64,000 nucleotides of DNA from Malacoraja senta (Eukaryota): NCBI GenBank assembly GCA_038087875.1, contig JAXLNO010001567.1, positions 1 through 64,000 on the forward strand. Direction: 5' to 3'. The position numbers and the translations under genes were made by a program. The notes under the pieces are model-generated. The model had not been told where the DNA came from. It did no database searches and saw nothing but the letters and a program-made list of their open reading frames with translations. Numbering within the stretch: the stretch's first letter is position 1; every line of letters starts with the position of its first letter. This document shows, one piece after another, positions 40,807 to 52,400 of this stretch.

Positions 40807-40863
40807 GGGTGGTCGGGAGGATGGAAGAGGGGGTGGAAGGGTAGGGACGGGGAGAAAGATTTA

Positions 40864-41179
40864 AGGGCCTGTCCCACTGTACGAGGTAATTCAAGAGCTC
40901 TCCCGAGTTTAAAAAAAATCAAACTCGTGGTAAGTACGTAGAATGTACGTAGCGGGTACGTCGGAGCTCGGGACCTCTCTTAGTGGCTCGTAATGCTAAC
41001 GGCATGTACTCAGGAAACGCGGTAAGCTCGTGAAGACTCGTGAAGATTTTTAAACGTGTTGAAAAATGTCCACGAGAGCCCCGAGTACCTACGAGCGGCT
41101 ATTACTGTAATTCTCCGAGTTCGAATCATGGGAAACTCGGGAGAACTCTTGAATTAGCTCGTACAGTGGGACAGGCCCT
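40864..41179. mobile_element. Harbinger-type MITE, same family as 27753-28070, in opposite orientation
   Basis: TIRs AGGGCCTGTCCCACTGTACGAG and CTCGTACAGTGGGACAGGCCCT, with flanks TTA and TGA. Confidence 0.85.
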
Positions 41180-41210
41180 TGAGTCGACAGGTATTGTGAT
41201 ATGGAATTGG

Positions 41211-41211
<1 letters not shown>

Positions 41212-41241
<30 letters not shown>
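41212..41241. repeat. (TG)n microsatellite
   Basis: Read directly from the sequence. Confidence 0.95.
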
Positions 41242-41243
<2 letters not shown>

Positions 41244-41414
41244 AACTACTCTCGGATAAGTGTTGTGTGTGTTTTGTGTTACGCCTGCGTGCCGGATGAT
41301 TTCGAGTTACAGACCGGATCTGGGCCGTAGGTTGCCAACCCCTGATTTAACACAAACTGTTAAAACACAAAGAAGGAAGGGACAGACAGACTGTTGGCGA
41401 GACAGCCATTGCTG

Positions 41415-41428
41415 GCGCCACCCAGTGG
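41415..41428 (-). promoter_or_regulatory. Candidate CTCF site
   Basis: CCACTGGGTGGCGC on the minus strand is a near-consensus CTCF core. A second GGTGGCGCC half-match lies at about 41452-41460. Confidence 0.5.
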
Positions 41429-43954
41429 TTGGGTTGGTTAGTTAGTTTGCAGGCGCCACCAACATTGATGGAGTTGCGAACAGTGAAGAAGGCTGCCCAA
41501 GTGTACAATGGGAAATACATCAGATACAGAAATGGGCAGAAAATTGCAAATGGAGTTCATTTTGAGCAAGTATGTTACACTTTGAGTGGTCGAATGTAAA
41601 GGAAAAGTATACAGTTATTGGCAAGACCCTTAACAGCATTAATCTACAGAGAGATCTTGGGGTTGAATCTTGGGTTTCTAGAGACAGGAAGTCATAATAC
41701 AGTTTTATAGGGCTGGGTAGTCCACATTTGGAGTATTATGTGTAGTTTTTGTTGACCCATTACATAAAGGATGTAGAGGCATTGGAAAGGGTGCAGAGGT
41801 TTACAAGAATGATGCCTCAACTAGGGTGTGTTGGCTACATGAAACATATGGACAGACATGGATTGCTTCCGCTACAATGCCGGAGTTTGATGGGACACCG
41901 GATAGAAGTACATAAAACTATGAGAGGTATAGATAGGATAGATAGTCAGAACAGGGGCAGTCACTGTGGCGCAGCGGTAGAGTTGCTGCTTTACAGCGCT
42001 TGCAGCGTGGGAGACCCAGGTTCGATCCCGACCACGGGTGCTGTACGTGTGGAGTTTGTACGTTCTCTCCATGACAGCATGGGTTTTCTCCGAGATCTTC
42101 GGTTTCCTCCCACACTCCAAAGATGTACAGGTATGTAGATTAATTGGCTTGGTGTATGTGTAAATCGTCCCGAGTGTGTGTAGGATAGTGCTAATGCCCA
42201 GGGATCACTAGTCGGTGCGGACTCGGTGGGCCGAAGGGCCTGTTTCCACGCTGTATCTCTAAACTAAAATAAACTAAACTCAACATGGATGGAAACATTG
42301 AATACAAGAGGGCATAGTTTTAAGATGAATGTTTAAAGGAAATGTGCAGGGCATGTTTTTTCACAGACAGTGACGAGTGCCTGGATGGCACTGTCTGAGG
42401 TGCGGTTGAGGCTGCTTGTAAATATATTGTCTTGCCTTCAGAGGTGTTGGGTCAAAATCTTGCAAACCCCTCCAAAAAGTCTGTAACAGTCAGGTTTCTG
42501 CCTCATCTCAGTCCTTGCGATGAATCTCACACCTAAGCAATAAATTCAGGGTCATCCAGATTGCAAACACTGATGGAAACAAGCCAATTATCATTTGGTG
42601 TAACATTAAACTCACAGTTAAATATTAACAGAAAATAAATATCAGTACATCAAGAAAGTTGATGTTTCATGCTGACTAGGGTGTGGGAATTAGATGGCTC
42701 GGGAATGGAATTTAGTTTTGTCTGAATATTTAATGTACCTAGTAAATACACTTAAGATATCAGCAATCAAGTAATTATTATGTGTTTTCACAATCACCAC
42801 AATAGATCAGTACAACACAGGAACAGGCCCTTTGGCCCACAATGTCTGTGTTGAACATGATGCCAAGACCAACTCCTATCTGCCGGCACATAATATACCT
42901 CCATTCCCTGCACATCCTACAACAATAAGGGCAACATGGTGATGCAACACTGGAGTTGCTGCCTTATGTGCCACACAGCCGGGTTTGATCTTGACTATGG
43001 GTATGTAGGTTAATTGGGTTGGTATAAATGTAAACCTGTTCCAAGTGTGTGTAGGATAGTGTTAGTGTGCGGGAATTGGTGCGGACCCTGTTTCTGCCCT
43101 GTATCTCTAAAGTAAACTAAACTAAATGTGCTAACCAGTCAGTGGAAAGACAATACATGATTACAATCGAGCCATCCATAGTGTACAGATATATGATAAA
43201 GGGAATAACGTCAATAACGTTTGGTGCAAGATAAAGGCAGTAAAGTCCGATCAAAGATTGTCCAAGGATCTCCAATGCAGGAGACAGTAGTTCAAGACTG
43301 CACCCTGGTTGTTGGTAGGATGGTTTCAGTTACCTGATAACAATTGGGAAGAGACTGTCCCTGAATGTGGAGGTGTGAGTTTTGACAATTGGTTATATGA
43401 AGAGTAAAGTTGTTGTTATTCTGTTCAAATGAGCATTTGACGGCACTAGGCCTCTACTCGCTGGAGTTTAGAAGGATGAGGGAAACCTCATTGAAACTTA
43501 CCTGATAGTGAAAGGCCTGGATAGAGTGGATGTTGAGAGGATGTTTCCACTAGTGTCAGCATCTCACCAGAGGGCAAAGCCTCACAATTAAAGTACACTC
43601 CTTTAGGAAGGAGATGAGGAGGAATTTCTTTATTCAGAGGGTGGTGAATCTGTGGAATTCTGCCACAGAAGGCTGTGGAGGCCGTCAATGGATATTTTTT
43701 TATGGCAGAGATAGATAGATTCTTGAATAGAACGGGTGTCGGGGGTTATGGGGAGAAGGTAGGAAAATGTGGTTTGGAGGATAGGATAGATCAGCCATGA
43801 TTGATGGGACGAATGGCCTAATTCTGTTCCTATCACTTATGATCTTATGAACTTATGATTGAGTAAATAGCTGTCTGTAGTATTAACAATGACAAAACAA
43901 GTATATAGGTCAGTGTAGCATGCGAACGTCTTGGTAAAACTCATTCAAAAGTAT

Positions 43955-43960
43955 TTTATT
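43955..43960 (-). other. Candidate polyadenylation signal of the class I-like gene
   Basis: AATAAA on the minus strand, about 510 nt after the predicted stop codon. Confidence 0.4.
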
Positions 43961-44467
43961 AAATGCTCATAATTCAGAAATGACACTGGTGGATATACAA
44001 TGAAATTCTCAGTCTGTTGCACATAAAACACTTCCACAGCTATTACACCACAGCTTTGATAATGAGTATTGTTCCCAGTGCTCTGTCAGGTCAACAAAAC
44101 ACAGCCCCCATACGTTACCATGTTCCATAAATATTCACTGGACATGGTACTGGGATGTTGTCTATGTGGAGTTTGCATGTTCTCCCTGTGACCACGTGGG
44201 ATTTCTCCCGGTGCTCCGGTTTCCTCGCACATCTCAGTGATGTACAGGTTTGTAGGTGAGTTGGCTTTTGTAAAATTGCCCTAGTGTATGGAAAGAGGAT
44301 GTGAAAGAGGGATAACAGAACTGGTGTGTTGGATGGTTGGTATCAACTCGATGAGCTGAAGGCTCAGCATCCATGCTGTATCACTCAACTAAACTAAGCA
44401 ATATTATCTAAGCTGTGGTGTAGAGCGTGGTTCGTATTGAAAACAAAGATCCTTGTTGACTTGCCCA

Positions 44468-44483
44468 TCAAATACTTGAAGCA
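44468..44483 (-). CDS. Class I-like terminal coding exon, (S)ASSI*
   Basis: Acceptor tttaatgcttcactcag|T. Phase 2 matches the previous exon, and the exon is short and Ser-rich as in class I tails. Confidence 0.5.
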
Positions 44484-45117
44484 CTGAGTGAAGCATTAAA
44501 TGCAAAGGCAATTACTTCTCCACTACACCATCAGGTATGTGAACAAGGAATGCAGGTTACAGTATGTGACAAAGAGAAGTGGCAAAATAACTAGGAACGA
44601 ACTGCAGATGCAGGTTTAACCCGAAGATAGGCTCAAAAAGCTGGAGTGACTCAGCGGGTCAAACAGCATTTCTGGAGTCTGAACAAGGGTCTCATCCCGA
44701 AATGTCACCTATGCCTTGTATCCAGAGATGCTGACTGACCCGGTGAGTTTCTCCAACTTTTTGTGTCTATCTCTGGCAAGATATGTATATGATGTTTGAG
44801 AGGCTTTTAGATCGACAAACTGATCTGCAGGAAATAGAGGGATATGGATCATGTTGCAGTTGGATGGGATCAGTTTAGCATCTCATCATGTTCACCACAG
44901 ACATTGTGGGCCAAAGGGCCTCTTCCTGAGATGAACATTTTTATGTTTTATATAAAATAAGATTAGTAATCAGCTGTAAGCCCCCTTGAACAGACTGCAT
45001 CATTCAATAACATTATGTCCAATCTGATTTTGATCAGTTTACTGCATAATTCCTGCAATTTTTGATTCATTTCTGATCTAAAATTCTCTATATCTCAACC
45101 TAGAAAATTTCATTCAC

Positions 45118-45164
45118 CTTGTCTTCACAGCTGGAATAGAAAGTTCAGGCAAATCATACACCTC
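45118..45164 (-). CDS. Class I-like cytoplasmic exon, EVYDLPELSIPAVKT
   Basis: Acceptor tttattttccag|GAG and donor AAG|gtgaat. Phase 0 matches the TM exon donor CAG|gtacca. Confidence 0.65.
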
Positions 45165-46144
45165 CTGGAAAATAAATTTTCTTCGTAACTATTTTAAAGA
45201 GGGACCCAACATGGGAGGACTGCCGAGAACAAAGATAACAAAGAGGGTCCCGGGGTTGGGGGGGGAGGGGGCGCGGATAACACAGGTGAACCCAACATGG
45301 AGGGGCTGCCGAGAACAAAGAGGGACCATTGGGGACTGTAATGATTACTTTGTAACTGTGTCGACACCCTATACATGGTGACTTGTGTATGTATACCTTG
45401 TGTATGTTATGCAAAGCAAAGAATTTCACTGTGACATGTCACATGTGATAATAAAGTATCAATCAATCAAATAGGCGACCTTTTATTCCAAAATGTGGCG
45501 CAATGTATGACTTTGGAATCACAGGGTAACTGCAGTGAAGACAGCATTTGAAAAATTAATGGCTGAATGTAAAGTCATCAGTCAGCATTGATACAATAAA
45601 GAGCATAGAACAGTACAGCACAAGAACAGGCCCTTTGACCCACAATGTCTGTGCCGAACATGATGCCAAGACCAATTGTTATCTGCTTGCACATAATCCA
45701 TATCCATCCATTCCCTGCATATACATGTGCCTATCTAAAAGTCTCTTAAATGCCACTATCATATCTGCTTCCACCACCACCTCCAGCAGCACATTCCAGT
45801 CACTCACCACCCTTGGCGTAAAACACTTGTCCTGCACATCTTTTTTTAACTTTGCCACTCATTGTAAAGCAATACCTGCTCTTATTTGATATTTCCTTCC
45901 TGGGTAAAAAGTCTGATGGTCTACCCTATCTCTACTCCTCCCAGTTTGATATATTACTGTCAGGTCTCCCCTCAATCCCCGACATTCCAGAGAAAACAAT
46001 CCAACTGTCCAGTCTGTCCAACTTCTCCCTGTGGCTAATACCCCACTAATCCAGGCATCATTCCGGTAGACCTCCTCTGCATCCCAAAGGAAGCTGATTG
46101 TGCTTCATGGTCCTCTCCTGGTCTCTGCTGTTGTCAGCTGGTAC

Positions 46145-46278
46145 CTGTTCATTGAAAGGTTTTCTCTTTTTCCTCTTCTTCCAGCAACCAATTCCAAGGA
46201 TGATCCCCAGGAGAATGAGAGGAACAATTACAGCTCCAGTCACGATCCTAATCTTCATATCTTCTTTCACTGCCCTCT
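46145..46278 (-). CDS. Class I-like TM exon, (E)RAVKEDMKIRIVTGAVIVPLILLGIILGIGCWKKRKKRKPFNEQ
   Basis: A hydrophobic span is followed by a basic stop-transfer cluster. The phase-1 acceptor caacag|AG is compatible with alpha3. Confidence 0.85.
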
Positions 46279-46291
46279 CTGTTGGCATATA

Positions 46292-48269
46292 CAGTGGCTT
46301 GCAAAAGTATTCATACCCCTTGAACTTTTCCACATTTTGTCACGTTACAACCACAAGCGTAAATGTATTTTATTGGGATTTTATGTGATAGACCAACATA
46401 AAGTGGCACATAATTGTGAAGTGGAAGGAAAATTATACATGGTTTTCAAATTTTTTTACAAATAAAAAACTGAAAAGTGTCGCGTGCGAAAATATTCAGC
46501 CCCCTTTACTCTGATACCCCTAAATAAAATCCAGTGCAACCAATTGCCTTCAGAAGTCACCTTATTAGTAAATAGAGTCCACTTGTGTGTAATCTCGGGA
46601 CGACAGATGGCGCAATGGGCTAAGTGTTCGGCTGGCAACCGGAAGGTAGCCGGTTCGAATCCCGCTTGGAGTGCATACTGTCGTTGTGTCCTTGGGCAAG
46701 ACACTTCACCCACCTTTGCCTGCGTGTGAATGTGTGTGAATGTGTGTGAGTGATTGGTGGTGGTCGGAGGGGCGGTAGGCGCAGATTAGCAGCCACGCTT
46801 CCGTCAGTCTGCCCCAGGGCAGCTGTGGCTACAGAAGTAGCTCACCACCACCGAGTGTGACTGAGGAGTGAATGAATAATGCGATGTAAAGCGCCGAGTA
46901 TTAGAAAGGCGCTATATAAATACCATCCATTATTATTATTATTATTATTAATCTAATCTCAGTATAAATACAGCTGTTCTGTGAAGGCCTCAGAGGTTTG
47001 TTAGAGAACATTAGTGAACAAACAACATCATGAAGCCAAAGGAACACACCAGACAGGTCAGGGATAAAGTTGTGGAGAAGTTTAAAACAGGGTAAGGTTA
47101 TAAATAAATATCCCAAGCTTTGAACATCTCACGGAGCACTGTTCAATCCATCATCCGAAAATGGAAAGAGTATGGCACAACTGCAAACCTACCAAGACAT
47201 GGCCGTCCACCTAAACTGACAGGCCGGGCAAGGAGAGCATTGATCAGAGAAGCAGCCAAGAGGCCCATGGTAACTCTGGAGGAGCTGCAGAGATCCACAG
47301 CTCAGGTGGGAGAATCTGTCCACAGGAAAACTATTAGTCGTGCACTCCACAAATCGGGCCTTTATGGAAGAGTGGCAAGAAGAAAGCCATTGTTGAAAAA
47401 AGCCCATAAGAAGTCCCGTTTGCAGTTTGCCACAAGCCATGTGGGGGACACAGCAAACATGTGGAGGAAGGTGCTCTGGTCAGATGAGACCAAAATTGAA
47501 GTTTTTGGCCTAAATGCAAAACGCTATGTGTGGCGGAAACCTAACACTGCACATCACCCTGAACACACCATCCCCACTGTGAAACATGGTGGTGGCAGCA
47601 TTATGCTGTGGGGATGCTTTTCTTCAGCAGGGACAGGGAAGCTGGTCAGAGTTGATGGGGGAAGATGGATGGAGCCAAATACAGGGCAATCTTGGAAGAA
47701 AACCTGTTAGAGTCTGCAAAAGACTTGAGACCGGGGCGGAAGTTCACCTTCCAGCAGGACAACGACCCTAAACATACAGCCAGAGCTACAATGGAATGGT
47801 TTAGATCAAAGCGTATTCATGTGTTAGAATGGCCCAGTCAAAGTCCAGACCTAAATCAAATTGAGAATCTCTGGCAAGACTTGAAAATTGCTGTTCACAG
47901 ATGCTCTCCATCCAATCTGACTGAGCTTGAGCTATTTTGCAAAGAAGAATGGGCAAAAATTTCAGTCTCTAGATGTGCAAAGCTGGTAGAGATATACCCC
48001 AAAAGACTTGCAGCTGTAATTGCAGCAAAAGGTGGTTCTACAAAGTATTGACTCAGGGGGGCTGAATACTTTTGCACGCGACACTTTTCAGTTTTTTATT
48101 TGTAACAAAATTTGAAAACCATGTATCATTTTCCTTCCACTTCACAATTATGCACCACTTTGTGTTGGTCTATCACATAAAATCCCAATAAAATACATTT
48201 ACGTTTGTGGTTGTAACGTGACAAAATGTGGAAAAGTTCAAGGGGTATGAAAACTTTTGCAAGCCACTG
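46292..48269 (+). mobile_element. Tc1 (DD34E) transposon with IR/DR-type TIRs; transposase inactivated
   Basis: TIRs of about 215 bp begin CAGTGGCTTGCAAAAG, with TA TSDs at 46290-46291 and 48270-48271. The transposase runs 47030-48051 with [14 protein letters not shown] and SPDLNQIE (34-aa D-E spacing). It has two TAA stops in the first 26 codons and a frameshift in the G-run near 47655-47660. Confidence 0.97.
46595..46950 (+). mobile_element. tRNA-derived SINE (not HE1-type) inserted inside the Tc1
   Basis: A-box tggcgcaatgg, B-box ggttcgaatccc, tail gcgctatataaat...(att)n, and short duplication (t)aatct on both sides. Confidence 0.85.
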
Positions 48270-49415
48270 TATAGTGCATTTTAAACATTTAGTGATCAAT
48301 AACAACATTGTAATGATTTTATTATCTAAATTAAAGTAGCACTGTTCATATCTAATTAAAAAGTAATAACGTTTTAGATTTAAGTATTTATACAGAGGAT
48401 GGATGTGCTTAAAATGATCAATGAAAAATCATTAAGTTCATATTAGCATTGAGGTATTGAGATTTTATCTGCAGCATTTAATTAAGAATTTAAAGAATCA
48501 AGTACGTCAGAAATATATGACTATTTACAGTGTAGAGGTCAACAAGGCCATTTTCTTATGTTGATTGTTATTATAGCAAATAAAAGTGAACCCATTTATA
48601 GTTGATAAAACTTCAAAGGTTTTAATCTTTGCTGATATTTCAATGATATCTGAGTTTAATTTTCTCACATACACATGCTCTCTCTTTCTCTCTCTCTCCC
48701 CCTCACTGTCTCACACACATGAGCCCACACACACACACACACATAGGCACACACAGACATTAACACTACTGTCTATTTGTACTGACCAGCAATCTTAACC
48801 ATGTCAGCTTGGCCCTGGTGTGAAGATCTTTGCAGAGGTCTTGTCTGGAACAAATAAGTCAGCTACAGAACAGGTGCTGCTACTTCAGCCTGATAATATG
48901 GCACCACTATTGGTCTTTTGTGTAACTAGCTACTATCAGAAAATTAGCTAGATGCCCAAGGAAGAAGATAAGAGACCTTGTCCAGGATCAGCCTATCTTG
49001 CTTCCACTGTTCCTACATTTGGATGGGTGAGTTAAGGGTGACATAAGAATAATTTTGACCATAAGATATTGGAGCGGAATTATGCCTTTCAAGTCCATTG
49101 AGTCTACTCCACCATTCAGTCATAGCAGATCTATTTTTTACCGCTAAATCCCATTCTCTAGCCTTCTCCCTGTAACCTTTGTCACCCGTACTCATCAAGA
49201 ACCTATCAATCTCTGCTTGAAAAATATGCAATGACTTGACCCACACAGCTGTTTGTATCAATGAATTCCACAGATTCACCACCCTGTGACTAAAGAGATT
49301 CCTCCTCATCTCCATATTGAAGGTAGGTATTTTTATTGTGAGGCTGTGCTAGACTCTCCCATTACTGAAAACTTCCTTTCCCATCAACTAACCAGGCATT
49401 TCATTATCTGGTAGG

Positions 49416-52400
49416 CAGGGCCGGATTTACATATAAGATGGACAAGCTTCAGTTTAGGGCCTGGAGATCTAGGAGGGGCTCGCAGAGCCGGATTTACCAC
49501 TAGGCTTCATAGGCTGAAGCCTGGGGCCATGAAATATAGGGGGCCTCCGGCCAAGGCAGGACACCAGCCGTTCAACTCTGGGCGGGGCGGCCCCCCTCTC
49601 TATCTCTATCTCCGTCTGTCACTCTCCGTGTCCGGGTCTCCGTTCTCCGCTCGCTCCTCATCCGCCAGCACGGCCGGCCGCCTTGCACATGCACACTGCT
49701 ACGGCCAGCACGTCCTCCCCTGCACATGCGCACAACCACAGCCCGCACGTCATCGGCCGCCCTGCGCATGCGCACTGCCACGGCAACTGGTCGGCGCTGG
49801 GCACTTTCTCCCTCGCTTTGAATTGTGGGAGATTTGGCCGCCATTGCTGCCTCGCCGCAACCGCTGAAAACTAACACAGAATCACTCCCTGACCCTGGAT
49901 CAGGAGTATCTCCCTGGAGTAACTCTCGCTTCTGGTTTCCTGATCCTCCATAAATATTCTAAAAGGAATTTAAACTGGAGGTGGTAGAGGGCTGAACAAT
50001 AACAGCCTATTGCATTTTATCTGTTTATTTATTGTGTATATATATGGTCTATGGTATATAAACACACTGAACTTTTATCTCCTGTTCTGTATTATGTTCA
50101 CATATTCTGTTGTGCTGCAGCAAGCAAGAATTTCATTGTCCTATCTGGGACACATGACAATAAAACTCTCTTGACTCTTGACTTGGACTTAAGCAAAAAA
50201 GGGTTCTTGGGGAAAAAAGAGGTACCTTAAATTTAGTTGCGTCTGGTTGGGTAACTATGGTAGGGTGAAGACTATTCCATGCTTTAATTGTGCGGGGGAA
50301 CTCCATGGAGCAGCCAGCAACTCAGGATAGAAGAAATTGGGTGACGTTTCGGGTAGAAACACTTCTTTAGACTCCCTCTGGTTTTAGTGTCTTTAGCTTA
50401 ATTTGAAGATACAGCGTGGAAACAGGCCCTTCAGCCCTCCGAGTCCACGCCGACTATTGATCACCCGTACACTAGTTCTTTCCCACACATTAGCGAAGTA
50501 AGTCAAGAGTCAAGAGTTTATTCTCTCACGTCCCAGTTAGAACAATGAAATCCTTACTTGCAGCAGCACAACAGAATATGTAAACATAGTACTCTGTAAA
50601 CAATGTTATAAACGAGAAAACAAAACGGTGTATATTTATAGCTGTGGTGGAGACAATCGCTGCTGCTACCCGACCCCCGGAGATTCGGAGGCTACAACCG
50701 CGGGTCTGGCGGACGGCAACACCGGAAGCCCGTGGGTCCCCTGGTGGGACACCGCTTTTCGGGGCATCCGCAGCGGCGACTTCTCCCGCCCGAGTTGCGG
50801 GGTTGAAGAGCACCTGGAGGGGGGCTTTACATCACCGCCCCGCGCGGCTTGGAATGGCCGCCGGACTTTGCGAGCGCGCGCCGGGGCTCTAACTCCAAGA
50901 CGCGGTGCGCGACCCTGCATTAACCGGCGTGGCTTTAATGGCCGCGGGATAATCACCATCGCCCGCCGGGGGCTTTGACTTTGACTCTGACATCGGGGGG
51001 GTGGGGGGGGGAGTGCAGTGGAGAGATACGTTTTTTTGCCTTCCATCACAGCGCTGTGATGGATGTATGTGTAAATTGTGTTGTGTCTCGGGTCTTCTTC
51101 GTTTTGTAATGTATGGCTGCAGAAACGACATTTCGTTTGGACCTCAACGGGGTCCAAATGACAAATTTGTCCAAAAGACAAGTAAAATTGTATTGTAATT
51201 GTATTGTATATATATATATGTGTGTGTGTGTGTGTGCATAGTATATATACCCACACGCACACACACACAATTTCCCTCCTGGGATTAATAAAGTTCTATC
51301 GTATAGTATCGTGTGTGTAGGAAGGAACTGCAGATGCTGGTTTAAACTGAAGATAGACACACAAAGCTGGAGTAACTCAACAGGTCAGACAGAATCTCTG
51401 GAAAAAAGGGAAATATTACGTTTAGGGTTGGTTCTGAAATAGGTTCCTGCACACCTTTGGAATGTGGAAGGAAACAAGAGCACCCGAAGAAAACCCATGC
51501 GATCAAAGTGAAAAGGAGCAAACTCCAAACAGACAACACCCATATTCAGGATCAATTCCAGGTCTCTGGCACTTTTAGGCAGCAACCTTATGGCCAATGT
51601 ACAGCCCCATTGTCTTGAACTTAATTAAAACGCCAAGTGTAGCATTTCCTGCAGTTGCAATGGAAAGTGCCAGGAGAGGGGGTGGTTTGGGTGGGAAGGG
51701 ACGAATTGACCAGGGAGTTATGGAGGGAGCGGTCTCTATGGAAAGCCAACAGGGGAGGAGATGGGAAGATGTGGCCAGTTGTGGGATCCCATTGGTAGAC
51801 AAAAAAGCTGTAGAAAATCAGCGGGTGAGGCAGCACCTGTGGAGCGAAGGAATAGACGATGTTTCGGGTCGAGACCCTTCTTCAGATTGATGTCGGGGGG
51901 GGGGGAATGACATGAAAAATAAAGGAAGAGACGGAGACAGTAGGCTGTGGGAGAGCTGGGAATGGGAGGGGAAGGAGGGAGAAACAAGGACTACCTGAAA
52001 TTAGAGAAGCCTATGTGCATAGCGCTGGGGTGTAAACTACCCAAGCAAATATGAGGTGCTGCCCCTCCAATATGCGGTGGGCCTCACTCTGGCCATGGAG
52101 GAGGCCCAGGACAGAAAGGTCAGATTCGGAATGGGAGGGGGAGTTGAAGTGCTGAGCCACCGGGAGATCAGGTTGGTTATTGCGAACTGAGTGGAGGTGT
52201 TGTGCGAAGCAATCGCCAAGCCTGCACTTGGTCTCACCGAGGTTGATCATACGCTGAATAATCCAACCACATTTTTTTTTGGAAGTGGAAAGAAATAATA
52301 GAAATTGCATTCATTGCAACGTGTAAAAAGAGTTAAGATACAGTATTATAATTGTGCTGCATGTCATTGTGGTATATATCATGTCCTGATTGGTGAATAT

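Noticed and set aside
46058-46144. Read-through of the TM exon giving the tail VPADNSRDQERTMKHNQLPLGCRGGLPE*
   Set aside because: It runs into a CR1 fragment. A good donor at 46144 with phase-matched downstream exons is the better explanation, though intron retention cannot be excluded.
46595-46670. tRNA-like sequence with A and B boxes (also at the heads of all HE1-type SINEs)
   Set aside because: These are SINE heads continuing into SINE bodies and tails, not tRNA genes.
50526-51268. Several overlapping ORFs of 80-200 aa in GC-rich sequence
   Set aside because: They lie within repeat-derived sequence nested in the hAT element and show no domain signature.
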